Assembly: GCA_050010315.1 (NCBI GenBank)
Contig: JBEKLG010000001.1
Coordinates: 1 to 38,606, forward strand
Direction: 5' to 3'
Length of the DNA: 38,606 nt
DNA from: Acidimicrobiales bacterium
GTDB lineage: Bacteria > Actinomycetota > Acidimicrobiia > Acidimicrobiales > Bog-793
Shown here: piece after piece, positions 9,469 to 18,210 of the stretch
Position numbering within the stretch: position 1 is the first letter of the stretch
Layout of the letters: each line of letters begins with the position of its first letter
The notes under the pieces: model-generated
Told to the model about the DNA's origin: nothing
What the model saw: only the letters and a program-made list of their open reading frames with translations
The model's database searches: none
Made by a program: the position numbers and the translations under genes

Positions 9469-10101
9469 TCAGCCGGGCTGCGCGATGAAGCGAAGGTAGT
9501 CCTTGACGGCCCGGAATCCCTGCGGGAACGTCGCCCGCGCGTCCTCGTTGGAGACCTCCGGCGAGATGATGACGTCGTCGCCCGATTTCCAGTTCACCGG
9601 CGTCATGACGGGATAGCGCGACGCGAGCTGGAGCGAGTCGAGGACCCGCAGGACCTCCGAGAAGTCCCGGCCGGTCTCCAACGGGTAGTCCGCCAGCAGC
9701 GCGACCCGCTTGTCCGGGTTGATAACGACGACCGACCGGACGGTGAGCGTGTCGTTGGCGAAGGGGTGGATCATCCCGTAGAGGCTGGCGACGACGCGAT
9801 CGGGGTCGGCGAGCACGGGGAAGTTCAGCGAGTGCCCCGTCGCCTCCTTGATATCGGCGAACCAGGCGCGATGCGAGGCGAGGGAATCGACCGAGAGCCC
9901 GACGACCTTGGTGTTGCGCCGTTCGAACTCGCCGATCAGGCGGGCGACCTCGCCGAGCTCGGTCGTGCACACCGGCGTGAAGTCCATCGGGTGCGAGAAC
10001 AGGACGCCCCAGCTTCGCCCGAGGTAGTGGTGGAACGCGATCTCCCCCTCGGTCGAGTCGGCGGTGAAATCGGGTGCGTAGTCGCCTAGCCGCAATGCCA
10101 T
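9469..10101 (-). CDS. 1-Cys peroxiredoxin (Prx6-type), copy B
   Basis: MALRLGDYAPDFTADSTEG...WGVLFSHPMDFTPVCTTELG is collinear with copy A over its full length. The ATG at 10101 is preceded by GGGGGAGAA. Confidence 0.9.
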   Translation of the reverse strand: MALRLGDYAPDFTADSTEGEIAFHHYLGRSWGVLFSHPMDFTPVCTTELGEVARLIGEFERRNTKVVGLSVDSLASHRAWFADIKEATGHSLNFPVLADPDRVVASLYGMIHPFANDTLTVRSVVVINPDKRVALLADYPLETGRDFSEVLRVLDSLQLASRYPVMTPVNWKSGDDVIISPEVSNEDARATFPQGFRAVKDYLRFIAQPG

Positions 10102-10195
10102 AAGTTCTCCCCCGCTGACCGTGGCGCGCGACACCTTTTCGGTTCCGGATGTCCTAGGGGCGAGCATATCGGCGCCCCGCGGCCGCCCGACAGGT

Positions 10196-10825
10196 TCAGC
10201 CCGGGGGTGCCTCGCCCGGCGCGCCGGCGTGGCTGCGTCGGCGGCGGACGATGAACGCCACGACCACGGCGAGCACGACGGCGACGATGATCGCGGCGGA
10301 CGTCCGGCCGCCCCAGGTCAGCACCTTCTGGTAGGACCTGCCGACGGCGTAGCCGGCGAGCGTGTAGGTCATCCCCCAAACGAGCCCGCCTGCGGCGTTG
10401 GCGGCGAGGAAGGTGCGGTAGCGCACCTTAGAAGCACCGGCGACGCCGGGGACGAGGGCGCGGAACACCGCCGCGAACCGGCCGACAAAGACGGCGTAGG
10501 CGCCCCTCCGCTGCAGGAAATCCCGGGTCCGCTCGACCCCCGCGTGGCCCTTCAGCGGCCGGTGAGACAAGAGCACGGGCCCGAAGCGCCGGCCGACCTC
10601 GTAGCCGACGCTGTCGCCGACGATCGCGCAGGCCACGACGAGGATGCAGATCCACGTCAGGCTGACGTGGTGCTCTGAGGCGAGCACGCCGCCGAAGACG
10701 ACCGCCGTCTCCCCCGGGAAGACGAAGCCGACGAAGAGCGCGGCCTCGCCGAAACACAGCGCCCCGATGAGCGCGTACGCCTCCCAGCCGCCGAGGCCAA
10801 GGAGCGGCCTGAGCAGCGTGTTCAC
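10196..10825 (-). CDS. DedA / SNARE-associated family membrane protein
   Basis: FPGETAVVFGGVLA...GDSVGYEVGRRFG...GRFAAVFRALVPGVAGASKVRYRTF matches the DedA (PF09335-type) pattern. The protein is 209 aa with 4-5 TM segments. Confidence 0.85.
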   Translation of the reverse strand: MNTLLRPLLGLGGWEAYALIGALCFGEAALFVGFVFPGETAVVFGGVLASEHHVSLTWICILVVACAIVGDSVGYEVGRRFGPVLLSHRPLKGHAGVERTRDFLQRRGAYAVFVGRFAAVFRALVPGVAGASKVRYRTFLAANAAGGLVWGMTYTLAGYAVGRSYQKVLTWGGRTSAAIIVAVVLAVVVAFIVRRRRSHAGAPGEAPPG

Positions 10826-10917
10826 GCCGTCGCGACCCTTGTCACGGCGAAACTGTAGGCGCCGGCCGTCGGACGGCGGCGGCTGTGAGCGGCCGGCCCT
10901 GCCGGCGCCCGACTTGC

Positions 10918-13620
10918 TCAGGCAGCCTGCAGGCGGCGCTCGACGAAGACGATCCCCTCGTCAGCCCGGCGGGTGAGCTTGAAGCCCTGCCCTTCGAACA
11001 CCGCGATCATGCCGGTGTTCTCCGTCGCCGTCTCGGCGCAAACATTGCGCAGTCCCCACGACTGCCCCCAGGCCGGCGCGCACTCGAGGCAGTAGCTCGT
11101 GAGCAGGTTGCCGAGGCCGCGCCGCTGCCAGGGGTCGGCCACGAGCACGGCGTACTCCGCTCGGGTCCGGGCGGGGTCGGCGACGAGCCGGCCGATGCCG
11201 GCGAGCTTTTTCGTGCCGTCGCCGGACTCGACCTCGGCAACGATCGCCAGCTCGCGGTCGTAGTCGATGAAGCAGAAGCGCGTCGCGAACTCGTGGGTGT
11301 GCCTCACCATCGCACTGAAACGCAGCGAGATCGTCTCGGCCGAGCAGGCGTCGAGCATCTCGTGCCAGGCCGGCTCGTCCTCGGGCCTGATGGGACGCAA
11401 CGTGACGGCGAGCCCGCCCGTCGTCGTCGCCTCGCGGGTGTACTCCTCGGGGTAGGGCCTGATGGCGAGGTGCGAGAACGGCAGCATGTGGCGCCCGACG
11501 AGCGACTGGTCGACGACCGCCCTCGCGTCGAGGGCGATCGCCCCGTCGGTGCTGACGAGCAGCGGGTTGATCTCGATCTCGCTGAGCTCCGGATAGTCGG
11601 CGACGAGGTAGGAAAAGCGCATCATGACCTCCAACAGCGCGTCGAGATCGACGGCCGGGCGCCCGCGGTGCCCGGCGAGCAGCGGCCAGATCCGCAGCGA
11701 CTGCAGCATGCCGAGCGCCAGGCGCTCGTTGAGCGGCGGCAGCTCCAGCGCCTGGTCGCGCAGCACCTCCGCCGCCACGCCGCCGGCGCCGAGCAGGATC
11801 ACCGCACCGAAGATCGCATCCTTGCGGGCCCCGAGCAGGAGCTCGTAGCCCGGGGTCCGCACCATCGGTTGGACGGTCACGCCCTGCACCTCCGCCTCCG
11901 GGCGCCGCTTGCGCACCGAGGCTTCGATGCGGTCGAACGCCGCCCGGACCTCGGCCGCGTCCGCCAGGCCGACCTCGACCCCGCCGACTTCGCTCTTGTG
12001 CGTGATATCGGGCGAACGGACCTTCAGCACGACCGGATAGCCGATCTGGGCCGCGACCGCCACGGCGTCGTCGGCCGACAACGCCGGCAACGGCTTGGTG
12101 AACGGGATCTCGTAGGCGTCGAGCAGGGCCTTCGACGACGTTTCCGAGAGGATGCCGCCCCCTTCGGTGAGCACCGCGCCCATCAGCTCCTTGGCGCGTT
12201 GCCGGTCGATCGCGAAGCCGACGGGGAGGCTGCGCGGCGTCTCGTGCAGCGTCTCAAGGTTGCGCCCGTACGAGACGAGGTCCATGAGCGCGCCCACCGC
12301 CTGCTCGGGGTAGGCGTAGGCGGCCACCCCGCCGGCGGAAAGGCGTTGCAGGCCCTCGCGCACCGACCGCCCGCCCATCCAGGCGGCGAGAAGGGGCTTT
12401 GGCGACCCGCGCCGCGCCGCGAGCACGGCGTCGGCCGTGGCGGTGGCGTCGGTCATCGCCTGTGGCGTGAGGATCGCCAGGAGCGCGTCGACATCGGAGT
12501 CGGCGAGCACCGCCCGCACCGCCTCCCCGTAGCGCTTTGCCGGCGCGTCGCCGAGCACGTCAACCGGGTTACCGTGGGACCACGCCGCCGGCAGCACCTC
12601 GTCGAGGACCTTAATCGTCTCCGGCTGGAGCTCCGCCAGCTCGCCGTCCCGGGCGAGCAGGGCGTCCGCCGCCATCACCCCGGGACCGCCCGCGTTCGTG
12701 ACGACCGCCAGGCGGGAGCGGTAGATCGGCTGCTCGCGGGCGAGCAACTCGGCAGTGGCGAAGACCTCCTCGATCCGGCCGACGCGCACCGCGCCGGCGC
12801 GGCGCAACGCCGCGTCGTAGACGGCATCCTCGCCGACCATCGCGCCGGTGTGGGAGACGGCCGCTTTCGCCGAGGCGGCGAAACGTCCCGCCTTGTAGAC
12901 GATGATCGGCTTCGTGCGGGAAAAGGCGCGCGCCGCCGACATGAACTTGCGCGGCTGGGTCACCGTCTCGATGTACAGGAAGATGGCGCGGGTGTGGGCG
13001 TCCTGGGCGAGGTAGTCGATGAGGTCGCCGAGGTCGACGTCGAGCATGTTGCCGATGGAGACGACCTGGGAGAAGCCGATCTGCTGGGCGGCCGCCCAGT
13101 CGATGACCGAGGTCGCGAGGGCACCGGACTGCGAAACGAAGGCGATGTGGCCGTCGATCGGCATCGTCTTCGCGAAACTGGCGTTCAGCCCGTGGCGCGG
13201 CACGATGAGGCCGAGGCAGTTCGGCCCGAGCAGCCTCATGCCGTCGTGACGTCCCAGTTCCTCGCGGACGGCCTGCTCGAGCTCGGCTCCTTCGGCCCCG
13301 GCTTCCCGGAAACCGGCCGACAGGACGGCGATCGCCGGCACCTTCTCCTCGCCGCAGGCCCGCACGACCTCAGGCACCGCCGCCGCCGGGGTGCAGACGA
13401 TCGCCAGCTCCGGCTTCGCCGGCGTCTCGGCGATGCTCGGGTAGGCCTGGACGCCGCTTACGGACTCGCGCCCTGGGTTGATGGGATAGACGACCCCGTC
13501 GAATCCGCCGTCGATCAGGTTCCTTAGGACGATGTGGCCGAGCTGCGACGGTTCGCGGCCGGCGCCGACGACCGCCACGCGGTTGGGGTTGAAAAGGCTC
13601 TTGAGGTTGTGGACGCTCAC
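10918..13620 (-). CDS. pat: Pat/YfiQ-type protein lysine acetyltransferase (N-terminal NDP-forming acyl-CoA synthetase-like domains fused to a C-terminal GNAT)
   Basis: The protein is 900 aa. The N-terminus has a CoA-binding fold (NRVAVVGAGREPSQLG...NPG) and succinyl-CoA-synthetase-like flavodoxin and ATP-grasp segments. The C-terminal roughly 190 aa form a GNAT with motif A, WQRRGLGNLL. The start codon is the GTG at 13620. Confidence 0.85.
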   Translation of the reverse strand: MSVHNLKSLFNPNRVAVVGAGREPSQLGHIVLRNLIDGGFDGVVYPINPGRESVSGVQAYPSIAETPAKPELAIVCTPAAAVPEVVRACGEEKVPAIAVLSAGFREAGAEGAELEQAVREELGRHDGMRLLGPNCLGLIVPRHGLNASFAKTMPIDGHIAFVSQSGALATSVIDWAAAQQIGFSQVVSIGNMLDVDLGDLIDYLAQDAHTRAIFLYIETVTQPRKFMSAARAFSRTKPIIVYKAGRFAASAKAAVSHTGAMVGEDAVYDAALRRAGAVRVGRIEEVFATAELLAREQPIYRSRLAVVTNAGGPGVMAADALLARDGELAELQPETIKVLDEVLPAAWSHGNPVDVLGDAPAKRYGEAVRAVLADSDVDALLAILTPQAMTDATATADAVLAARRGSPKPLLAAWMGGRSVREGLQRLSAGGVAAYAYPEQAVGALMDLVSYGRNLETLHETPRSLPVGFAIDRQRAKELMGAVLTEGGGILSETSSKALLDAYEIPFTKPLPALSADDAVAVAAQIGYPVVLKVRSPDITHKSEVGGVEVGLADAAEVRAAFDRIEASVRKRRPEAEVQGVTVQPMVRTPGYELLLGARKDAIFGAVILLGAGGVAAEVLRDQALELPPLNERLALGMLQSLRIWPLLAGHRGRPAVDLDALLEVMMRFSYLVADYPELSEIEINPLLVSTDGAIALDARAVVDQSLVGRHMLPFSHLAIRPYPEEYTREATTTGGLAVTLRPIRPEDEPAWHEMLDACSAETISLRFSAMVRHTHEFATRFCFIDYDRELAIVAEVESGDGTKKLAGIGRLVADPARTRAEYAVLVADPWQRRGLGNLLTSYCLECAPAWGQSWGLRNVCAETATENTGMIAVFEGQGFKLTRRADEGIVFVERRLQAA

Positions 13621-13702
13621 GAGTACAGGTTACGCCTGATGTTACTGGTGTGGCTAGTGGGCTAGCTTGGTTTGTGGTCTTGTTGAGCACCCAACGGGGC
13701 GC

Positions 13703-14335
13703 TCAGCGGGGTGCGAGCGGCATCGTCGGGAGCACCGTCCTGCGGAACGTTTCGTTCACGACGCCGGCGAACGAGGCGTACCACGCCGCGGCCGCCGTGG
13801 CGATCCCGACCCATCCGCCGGCCTTGGTGAAGCCCTCGCTCGAATGGAACGCGCCGATCGTGAGGAGCACGAAAGTGACCGTGAGGAGCACGAAGACGCA
13901 GACCACGGCGCCGCTCACCCGGAACGACGCCACCGTCATGTAAGCGGTGAAGATCGCCCAGCCGAGAAGGAAGACGCCGACGGCGACCGGGAGGTCGGCG
14001 GTCTTGATCCCCGGGACGACAAACTTGGAAAAGACGTAGTAGGCGATCCAAAAGGCCCCGAACGAGGAGAAAGCGACCGCCCCGAAGGTGTTCTTCCGGA
14101 CGAACTCCCACATACCCGCCAGGAGTTGGACACCGCCGCCGTACACGAGGGCCAGGGCGAGCGCGGCTTTGGCCCCAGGTCCCCAGACGTTCGTGTTCCC
14201 GAGGCTGAGGGCGAAGGTCGTCATGGCGAAAGCGGCCAGACCGAGCGGGCCCGGATCCGCCACCCGATGGACGACCGGGGCGGTTCCGCCGCCGCTGGCT
14301 GAGGCTCCCTGCGTCTCCCCGGGATATGTCGTCAT
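13703..14335 (-). CDS. satP: GPR1/FUN34/YaaH family acetate (succinate) channel
   Basis: It has the family signature ADPGPLGLAAFAMTTF near the N-terminus and six hydrophobic helices. The length of 210 aa is typical of SatP/YaaH. Confidence 0.85.
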   Translation of the reverse strand: MTTYPGETQGASASGGGTAPVVHRVADPGPLGLAAFAMTTFALSLGNTNVWGPGAKAALALALVYGGGVQLLAGMWEFVRKNTFGAVAFSSFGAFWIAYYVFSKFVVPGIKTADLPVAVGVFLLGWAIFTAYMTVASFRVSGAVVCVFVLLTVTFVLLTIGAFHSSEGFTKAGGWVGIATAAAAWYASFAGVVNETFRRTVLPTMPLAPR

Positions 14336-14498
14336 GGCGTCGCCTTCTTTCCGCGTTGGGTTCTATCTCAGGCGATTTCGACCCTAGTCTGGGCGATGAC
14401 CCCCGTCACGGGCCGGTTGGACCGGCGTCGACCGCGCGGCCGGGTGGCGCTCGCGATAATGGGTCGACAGCAAAAACGGCGGAGATTGGAGAGGAACG

Positions 14499-16631
14499 AT
14501 GGCAGAAGAGCTTCCGACGGAGGCTTCCGAGAGCGAGCAGGTCTCTGAGGCTGAGATCGCCGTCCACTGGCGCGAAGAGGACTACTACTACCCCTCCCCA
14601 GCCTTCGTCGCCCAGGCGAACGCCGCGGATCCTCGGATCTTCGAGCGGTTCGACGAGGAGCACTTCCCCGAGTGCTTCAAGGAGTACGCCGACCTGCTGT
14701 CGTGGGATTCGACCTGGGACACGCTGCTCGACTCGAGCAGCCCGCCGTTTTGGAAGTGGTTCGTCGGCGGCCGGTTGAACGCCAGCTACAACTGCATCGA
14801 CCGCCATCTCGGAACGTCGCGCAACAAGGCGGCGGTCATCTGGGTGCCCGAGCCGGAGACCGAGGAGATCGAGACCGTCACCTACCAGGAGCTCTACTGG
14901 CGCGTGAACGAGTTCGCGGGCCTGCTGCGGGACTTCGCAGGGGTGCAGACCGGCGACCGGGTCACCTTCTACCTGCCGATGATCCCCGAGCTCCCCGTCG
15001 CCATGCTCGCCTGCGCCCGGATCGGCGCGATCCACTGCGAGGTGTTCGGAGGGTTCTCGGGCGCGGCGTGCGGCGACCGGATCGCCGACTCCGGCAGTCG
15101 GATCCTCGTCACCGTGGACGGCTACTACCGGAGCGGCGAGCTCGTCGACCACAAGGCCCGGGCCGACGAAGCGGTGGAAGCGGCGCGCCAGTTCGGCCAG
15201 GAGGTCGACAAGGTGCTCGTCTGGCGGCGCCACCCGGGCGAGTACGCCTCGAAGGCCCCAATGGTCGAAGGCCGGGACTTCTTCGTCGACGAGCTCATCG
15301 GCGCCTACCGCGACAAGGCAGTCGACCCCGTCTCCATGCCGGCCGAGGCGCCGCTATTCCTCATGTACACGAGCGGCACGACGGGGCGACCGAAGGGGTG
15401 CCAGCACTCGACGGGCGGCTACCTCGCCTACGTCGCGGGAACCTCGAAGTACTACCAGGACATCCACCCAGAAGACACCTACTGGTGTACCGCGGACATC
15501 GGATGGATCACGGGACACTCCTACATCGTCTACGGGCCGCTTTTGCTCGGGACGACGACCGTCATCTACGAGGGCGTGCCGACCTACCCGGACCCCGCCC
15601 GTGCCTGGCGAATCGCCGAGCGGTTGGGCGTGAACATCTTCCACACCGCGCCGACGATGATCCGGATGCTGCGCAAACTCGGACCGGACGAGCCGGCGAA
15701 GTTCAACTACCACTTCAAGCTCATGACGACGGTGGGAGAGCCGATCGAGCCGGAAGTGTGGCGCTGGTACCACGACGTCGTCGGCAAGGGGGAGGCCGCC
15801 ATCGTCGACACGTGGTGGCAGACCGAGAACGGCGGGTTCCTCGGTTCCACGCTGCCGGCGGTGCACCCGATGAAGCCCGGCAGCTGCGGACCGGCGGTTC
15901 TCGGCATCTACCCCGTCATCTACGACGAGGACCACAAGGAGGTGCCCACCGGCAGCGGCCGGGCGGGCAACATCTGCATCCGCAACCCTTGGCCCGGGCT
16001 CTGCCAGACGGTCTGGGGCCAGCCCGAGCGGTTCGTGGACATCTACTACGGCAAGTACTGCGCCGACCGGAACAGCAAGGACTGGCACGATTGGCCGTAC
16101 CTCGCCGGCGACGGCGCGGTGCAGGCTGCCGACGGCTACTTCCGGATCCTCGGTCGGGTCGACGACGTGATCAACGTCGCCGGGCACCGGCTCGGGACGA
16201 AAGAGATCGAGTCCGCCGCGCTCACGGTCGACGAGGTCTCCGAGGCGGCGGCGGTCCCGGTCATCGACGAGGTGCGCGGGCGGGCCGTCGAGATCTACGT
16301 CGCGCTCAAGCCCGGGCTGTCCCCGAGCAAGGAGATCGAAGACAAGGTCAAGGAGTCCGTCGACCGCCTGATCGGCAAGATCGCCCGGCCGAGAAGCGTC
16401 TGGATCGTGCAGGACATGCCGAAGACCCGGTCCGGAAAGATCATGCGCCGGGTGATCGCGGCCATCTCGAACTTCGGTGACGTCGGAGACGTGAGCACCC
16501 TCGCCAACCCGGAGATCGTCGACGAGATCCGCCATCACGTCCAGAGCGAGAAGGTGAAGCGCGGCGATCAGCCGCGAGAGCTGACCGCAGAGGAAGCCGA
16601 GGAGATCAGGTCGTTCGGTCACGCCGAGTGA
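14499..16631 (+). CDS. acs: Acetyl-CoA synthetase (AMP-forming)
   Basis: It carries the AMP-binding motif YTSGTTGRPKG, WWQTENGG and the C-terminal PKTRSGKIMRR motif, with the regulatory Lys codon at 16437-16439. A GGAGAGGAA RBS precedes the ATG. Confidence 0.93.
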   Translation: MAEELPTEASESEQVSEAEIAVHWREEDYYYPSPAFVAQANAADPRIFERFDEEHFPECFKEYADLLSWDSTWDTLLDSSSPPFWKWFVGGRLNASYNCIDRHLGTSRNKAAVIWVPEPETEEIETVTYQELYWRVNEFAGLLRDFAGVQTGDRVTFYLPMIPELPVAMLACARIGAIHCEVFGGFSGAACGDRIADSGSRILVTVDGYYRSGELVDHKARADEAVEAARQFGQEVDKVLVWRRHPGEYASKAPMVEGRDFFVDELIGAYRDKAVDPVSMPAEAPLFLMYTSGTTGRPKGCQHSTGGYLAYVAGTSKYYQDIHPEDTYWCTADIGWITGHSYIVYGPLLLGTTTVIYEGVPTYPDPARAWRIAERLGVNIFHTAPTMIRMLRKLGPDEPAKFNYHFKLMTTVGEPIEPEVWRWYHDVVGKGEAAIVDTWWQTENGGFLGSTLPAVHPMKPGSCGPAVLGIYPVIYDEDHKEVPTGSGRAGNICIRNPWPGLCQTVWGQPERFVDIYYGKYCADRNSKDWHDWPYLAGDGAVQAADGYFRILGRVDDVINVAGHRLGTKEIESAALTVDEVSEAAAVPVIDEVRGRAVEIYVALKPGLSPSKEIEDKVKESVDRLIGKIARPRSVWIVQDMPKTRSGKIMRRVIAAISNFGDVGDVSTLANPEIVDEIRHHVQSEKVKRGDQPRELTAEEAEEIRSFGHAE

Positions 16632-16670
16632 GCGGCCGTTGACCACCGCACCCAACCGAATGGGCGCACC

Positions 16671-16732
16671 TCGGTGGCTCCCGGGTGAGACCTGGCCGGC
16701 CTCCGGCCGCCTCGCCTCCCGGGAGCCGCCGA
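16671..16732 (+). terminator. Large GC-rich stem-loop 40 nt downstream of acs (possible factor-independent terminator or other structured element)
   Basis: tcggtggctcccggg (16671-16685) pairs with cccgggagccgccga (16718-16732), giving 15 bp with one G-U. An inner hairpin ggccgg-cct-ccggcc lies at 16694-16708. There is no U-tract after it. Confidence 0.35.
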
Positions 16733-16964
16733 CCGAGAACGACCGAGAGACGGTGGGCCTCCCTCCGGCCCGCCCGACGTACGGGGAGACCCGGGCCACC
16801 CGTGCCCGTGGCCGCGAACCCGGGGACGGCGCACCGCCGACTCGTAGCGACGAAGGACGAGAAATGCCGCGGCCGACTCGCCCGGGTTCGTTTCCCTGCA
16901 TGGGTGTGTGCCAACATCTCGCGGAGACCGCCGAACCCGCGGCGCCTGAGATGGCGAGGCGAAG

Positions 16965-17630
16965 ATGCCGGGAGACACCGAGACCTGCCCCGTCGACGGG
17001 CGACGCGCCCGTGGAGAGAGGACGCGGCTCAGAGTCGTCGAGGCCCTGCTCGGTCTCGTAGGCGAGGGAACGGTCCGACCCACCGCCGAGGAGGTGGCGA
17101 CGCGCGCCGGGGTCGCGCTCCGCACCGTCTACCACCACCTCGAGGACGCTGGGGCGCTTCGCCGCCTCGCCCTCGACCTCCAGATGCGCCAACACGCTGA
17201 ATTCCTCCAGCCGATCGACCCGGGCCGCGACCTCGCCGAGCGCATCGTGACGCTGGCCAACCAGTGCCGCAGGCTCTTCGAGGCGCTCACGCCGATCCGG
17301 CGGGCGACGATTCTCGGCGAGCAGAGCTCGCCCGAGATGGCCGAGGGAATCGCCATTTGCACGCTGACCCGTCGCGACCACGTGATCGCCACCTTCGCGT
17401 CCGAGCTGCGACGCGCCGGCGCCGACGGGCGCACGATCGCCGACGCCGTCGACCTCATCACCTCTTGGCCGATGTGGGAGTACCTGCGCGCCACCCTCGG
17501 CCGGTCCCCAGCAGCGGCGACCCGGGTGATGGTCGTGTCCCTCGAGGCCCTGCTCGGGCCCCTCGGCCACAAGCTCGGGCCGCCGCCGGCGGGGGACAGA
17601 AAGGACCCACGGCGCCCTGCGTCCCCGTGA
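16965..17630 (+). CDS. TetR/AcrR family transcriptional regulator
   Basis: The N-terminal HTH reads RTRLRVVEALLGLVGEG..RPTAEEVATRAGVALRTVYHHLEDAGAL. A GAGG sits 8 nt before the ATG. Confidence 0.8.
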   Translation: MPGDTETCPVDGRRARGERTRLRVVEALLGLVGEGTVRPTAEEVATRAGVALRTVYHHLEDAGALRRLALDLQMRQHAEFLQPIDPGRDLAERIVTLANQCRRLFEALTPIRRATILGEQSSPEMAEGIAICTLTRRDHVIATFASELRRAGADGRTIADAVDLITSWPMWEYLRATLGRSPAAATRVMVVSLEALLGPLGHKLGPPPAGDRKDPRRPASP

Positions 17631-18127
17631 CCTCGCCGCAGGGCCGGCAGGCCGGTCGGTTGGAGGTCGACCTCCGGCGCGAGCGGCTGTCTGGCCCGTC
17701 GGCGGCCACCCTCATCGCGGCCCTCAACGCTGAGCTGCGCGGGCGTTATCCCAATCCCGTCGACTGCCATTTCGACCTCGCCGAAAAAGAGGTGGCTCCG
17801 GGACGCGGCACGTTCGTCGTGGCTTCGTTCGATGGCGACGACGTCGGCTGCGGTGCCGTCCGGATGATCAGCGAGAGGCTCGCCGAGGTGACGCGGATGT
17901 TCGTCCCCGGTTCCCGGGGTCACGGGATCGGCACCACCATCCTCGCCTTCCTCGAGTCCGAGGCGCGCTCGCTCGGGGCAACCCGGATCGTCGCCGAGAC
18001 CGGGGTCCGCTCACCGGACGCGCTCGGGACGTGCCGGCGGGCGGGATACTCAGAGATCGACAGGTACGGTCCCTACGTCGAATCCGTCGTCAGCGTCTGC
18101 ATGGGCAAGGTCCTCGGTCCCATCTGA
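17627..18127 (+). CDS. GNAT family N-acetyltransferase
   Basis: The GNAT core is FVVASFDGDDVGCGAVRMI...AEVTRMFVPGSRGHGIGTTILAFLESEARSLGATRIVAETG. The GTG at 17627 overlaps the TetR stop (GTGA) and gives a 166-aa protein. The rest of track ORF 17264.. is an out-of-frame shadow of the TetR gene. Confidence 0.8.
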   Translation: MTSPQGRQAGRLEVDLRRERLSGPSAATLIAALNAELRGRYPNPVDCHFDLAEKEVAPGRGTFVVASFDGDDVGCGAVRMISERLAEVTRMFVPGSRGHGIGTTILAFLESEARSLGATRIVAETGVRSPDALGTCRRAGYSEIDRYGPYVESVVSVCMGKVLGPI

Positions 18128-18210
18128 CGCCGGAACCGGGCTCCCGACGCCGACGGCGCTAGCCTACAAAAGCCCTTTCGGCCGTCCTTTCGAACTCGTC
18201 GAGGTGCGCC

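Noticed and set aside
9338-9970. A long N-terminal extension of the first peroxiredoxin ORF (422 aa in the track)
   Set aside because: It runs through the spacer and out of frame across the second peroxiredoxin gene. Peroxiredoxin homology starts exactly at MALQLGD (9337).
10885-13527. An 880-aa ORF on the plus strand
   Set aside because: It is entirely antisense to the well-supported pat gene. It is Arg/Gly/Asp/Pro-rich with no recognisable motifs. This is a typical stop-codon-poor shadow frame in very GC-rich DNA.
13653-13666. A small palindrome gctag-tggg-ctagc upstream of pat, and gccggt-tgg-accggc (14412-14426) in the satP/acs divergent region, as possible operators
   Set aside because: Stems of only 5-6 bp are expected by chance. 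There is no second copy and no regulator to link them to, so they are noted but not called as features.
16811-16915. A tRNA- or tmRNA-like 3' end (cccgggttcgtttccctgc...gtgtgcca)
   Set aside because: The GGTTCG segment cannot form a proper 5-bp T-stem with a 7-nt loop. I could not draw an acceptor stem, D-arm or anticodon arm, and no tag-like reading frame ending in a typical ...ALAA stop is present.
15354-17570. A 738-aa ORF on the minus strand
   Set aside because: It is antisense to acs and the TetR gene and crosses the non-coding spacer. Its composition is shadow-like.
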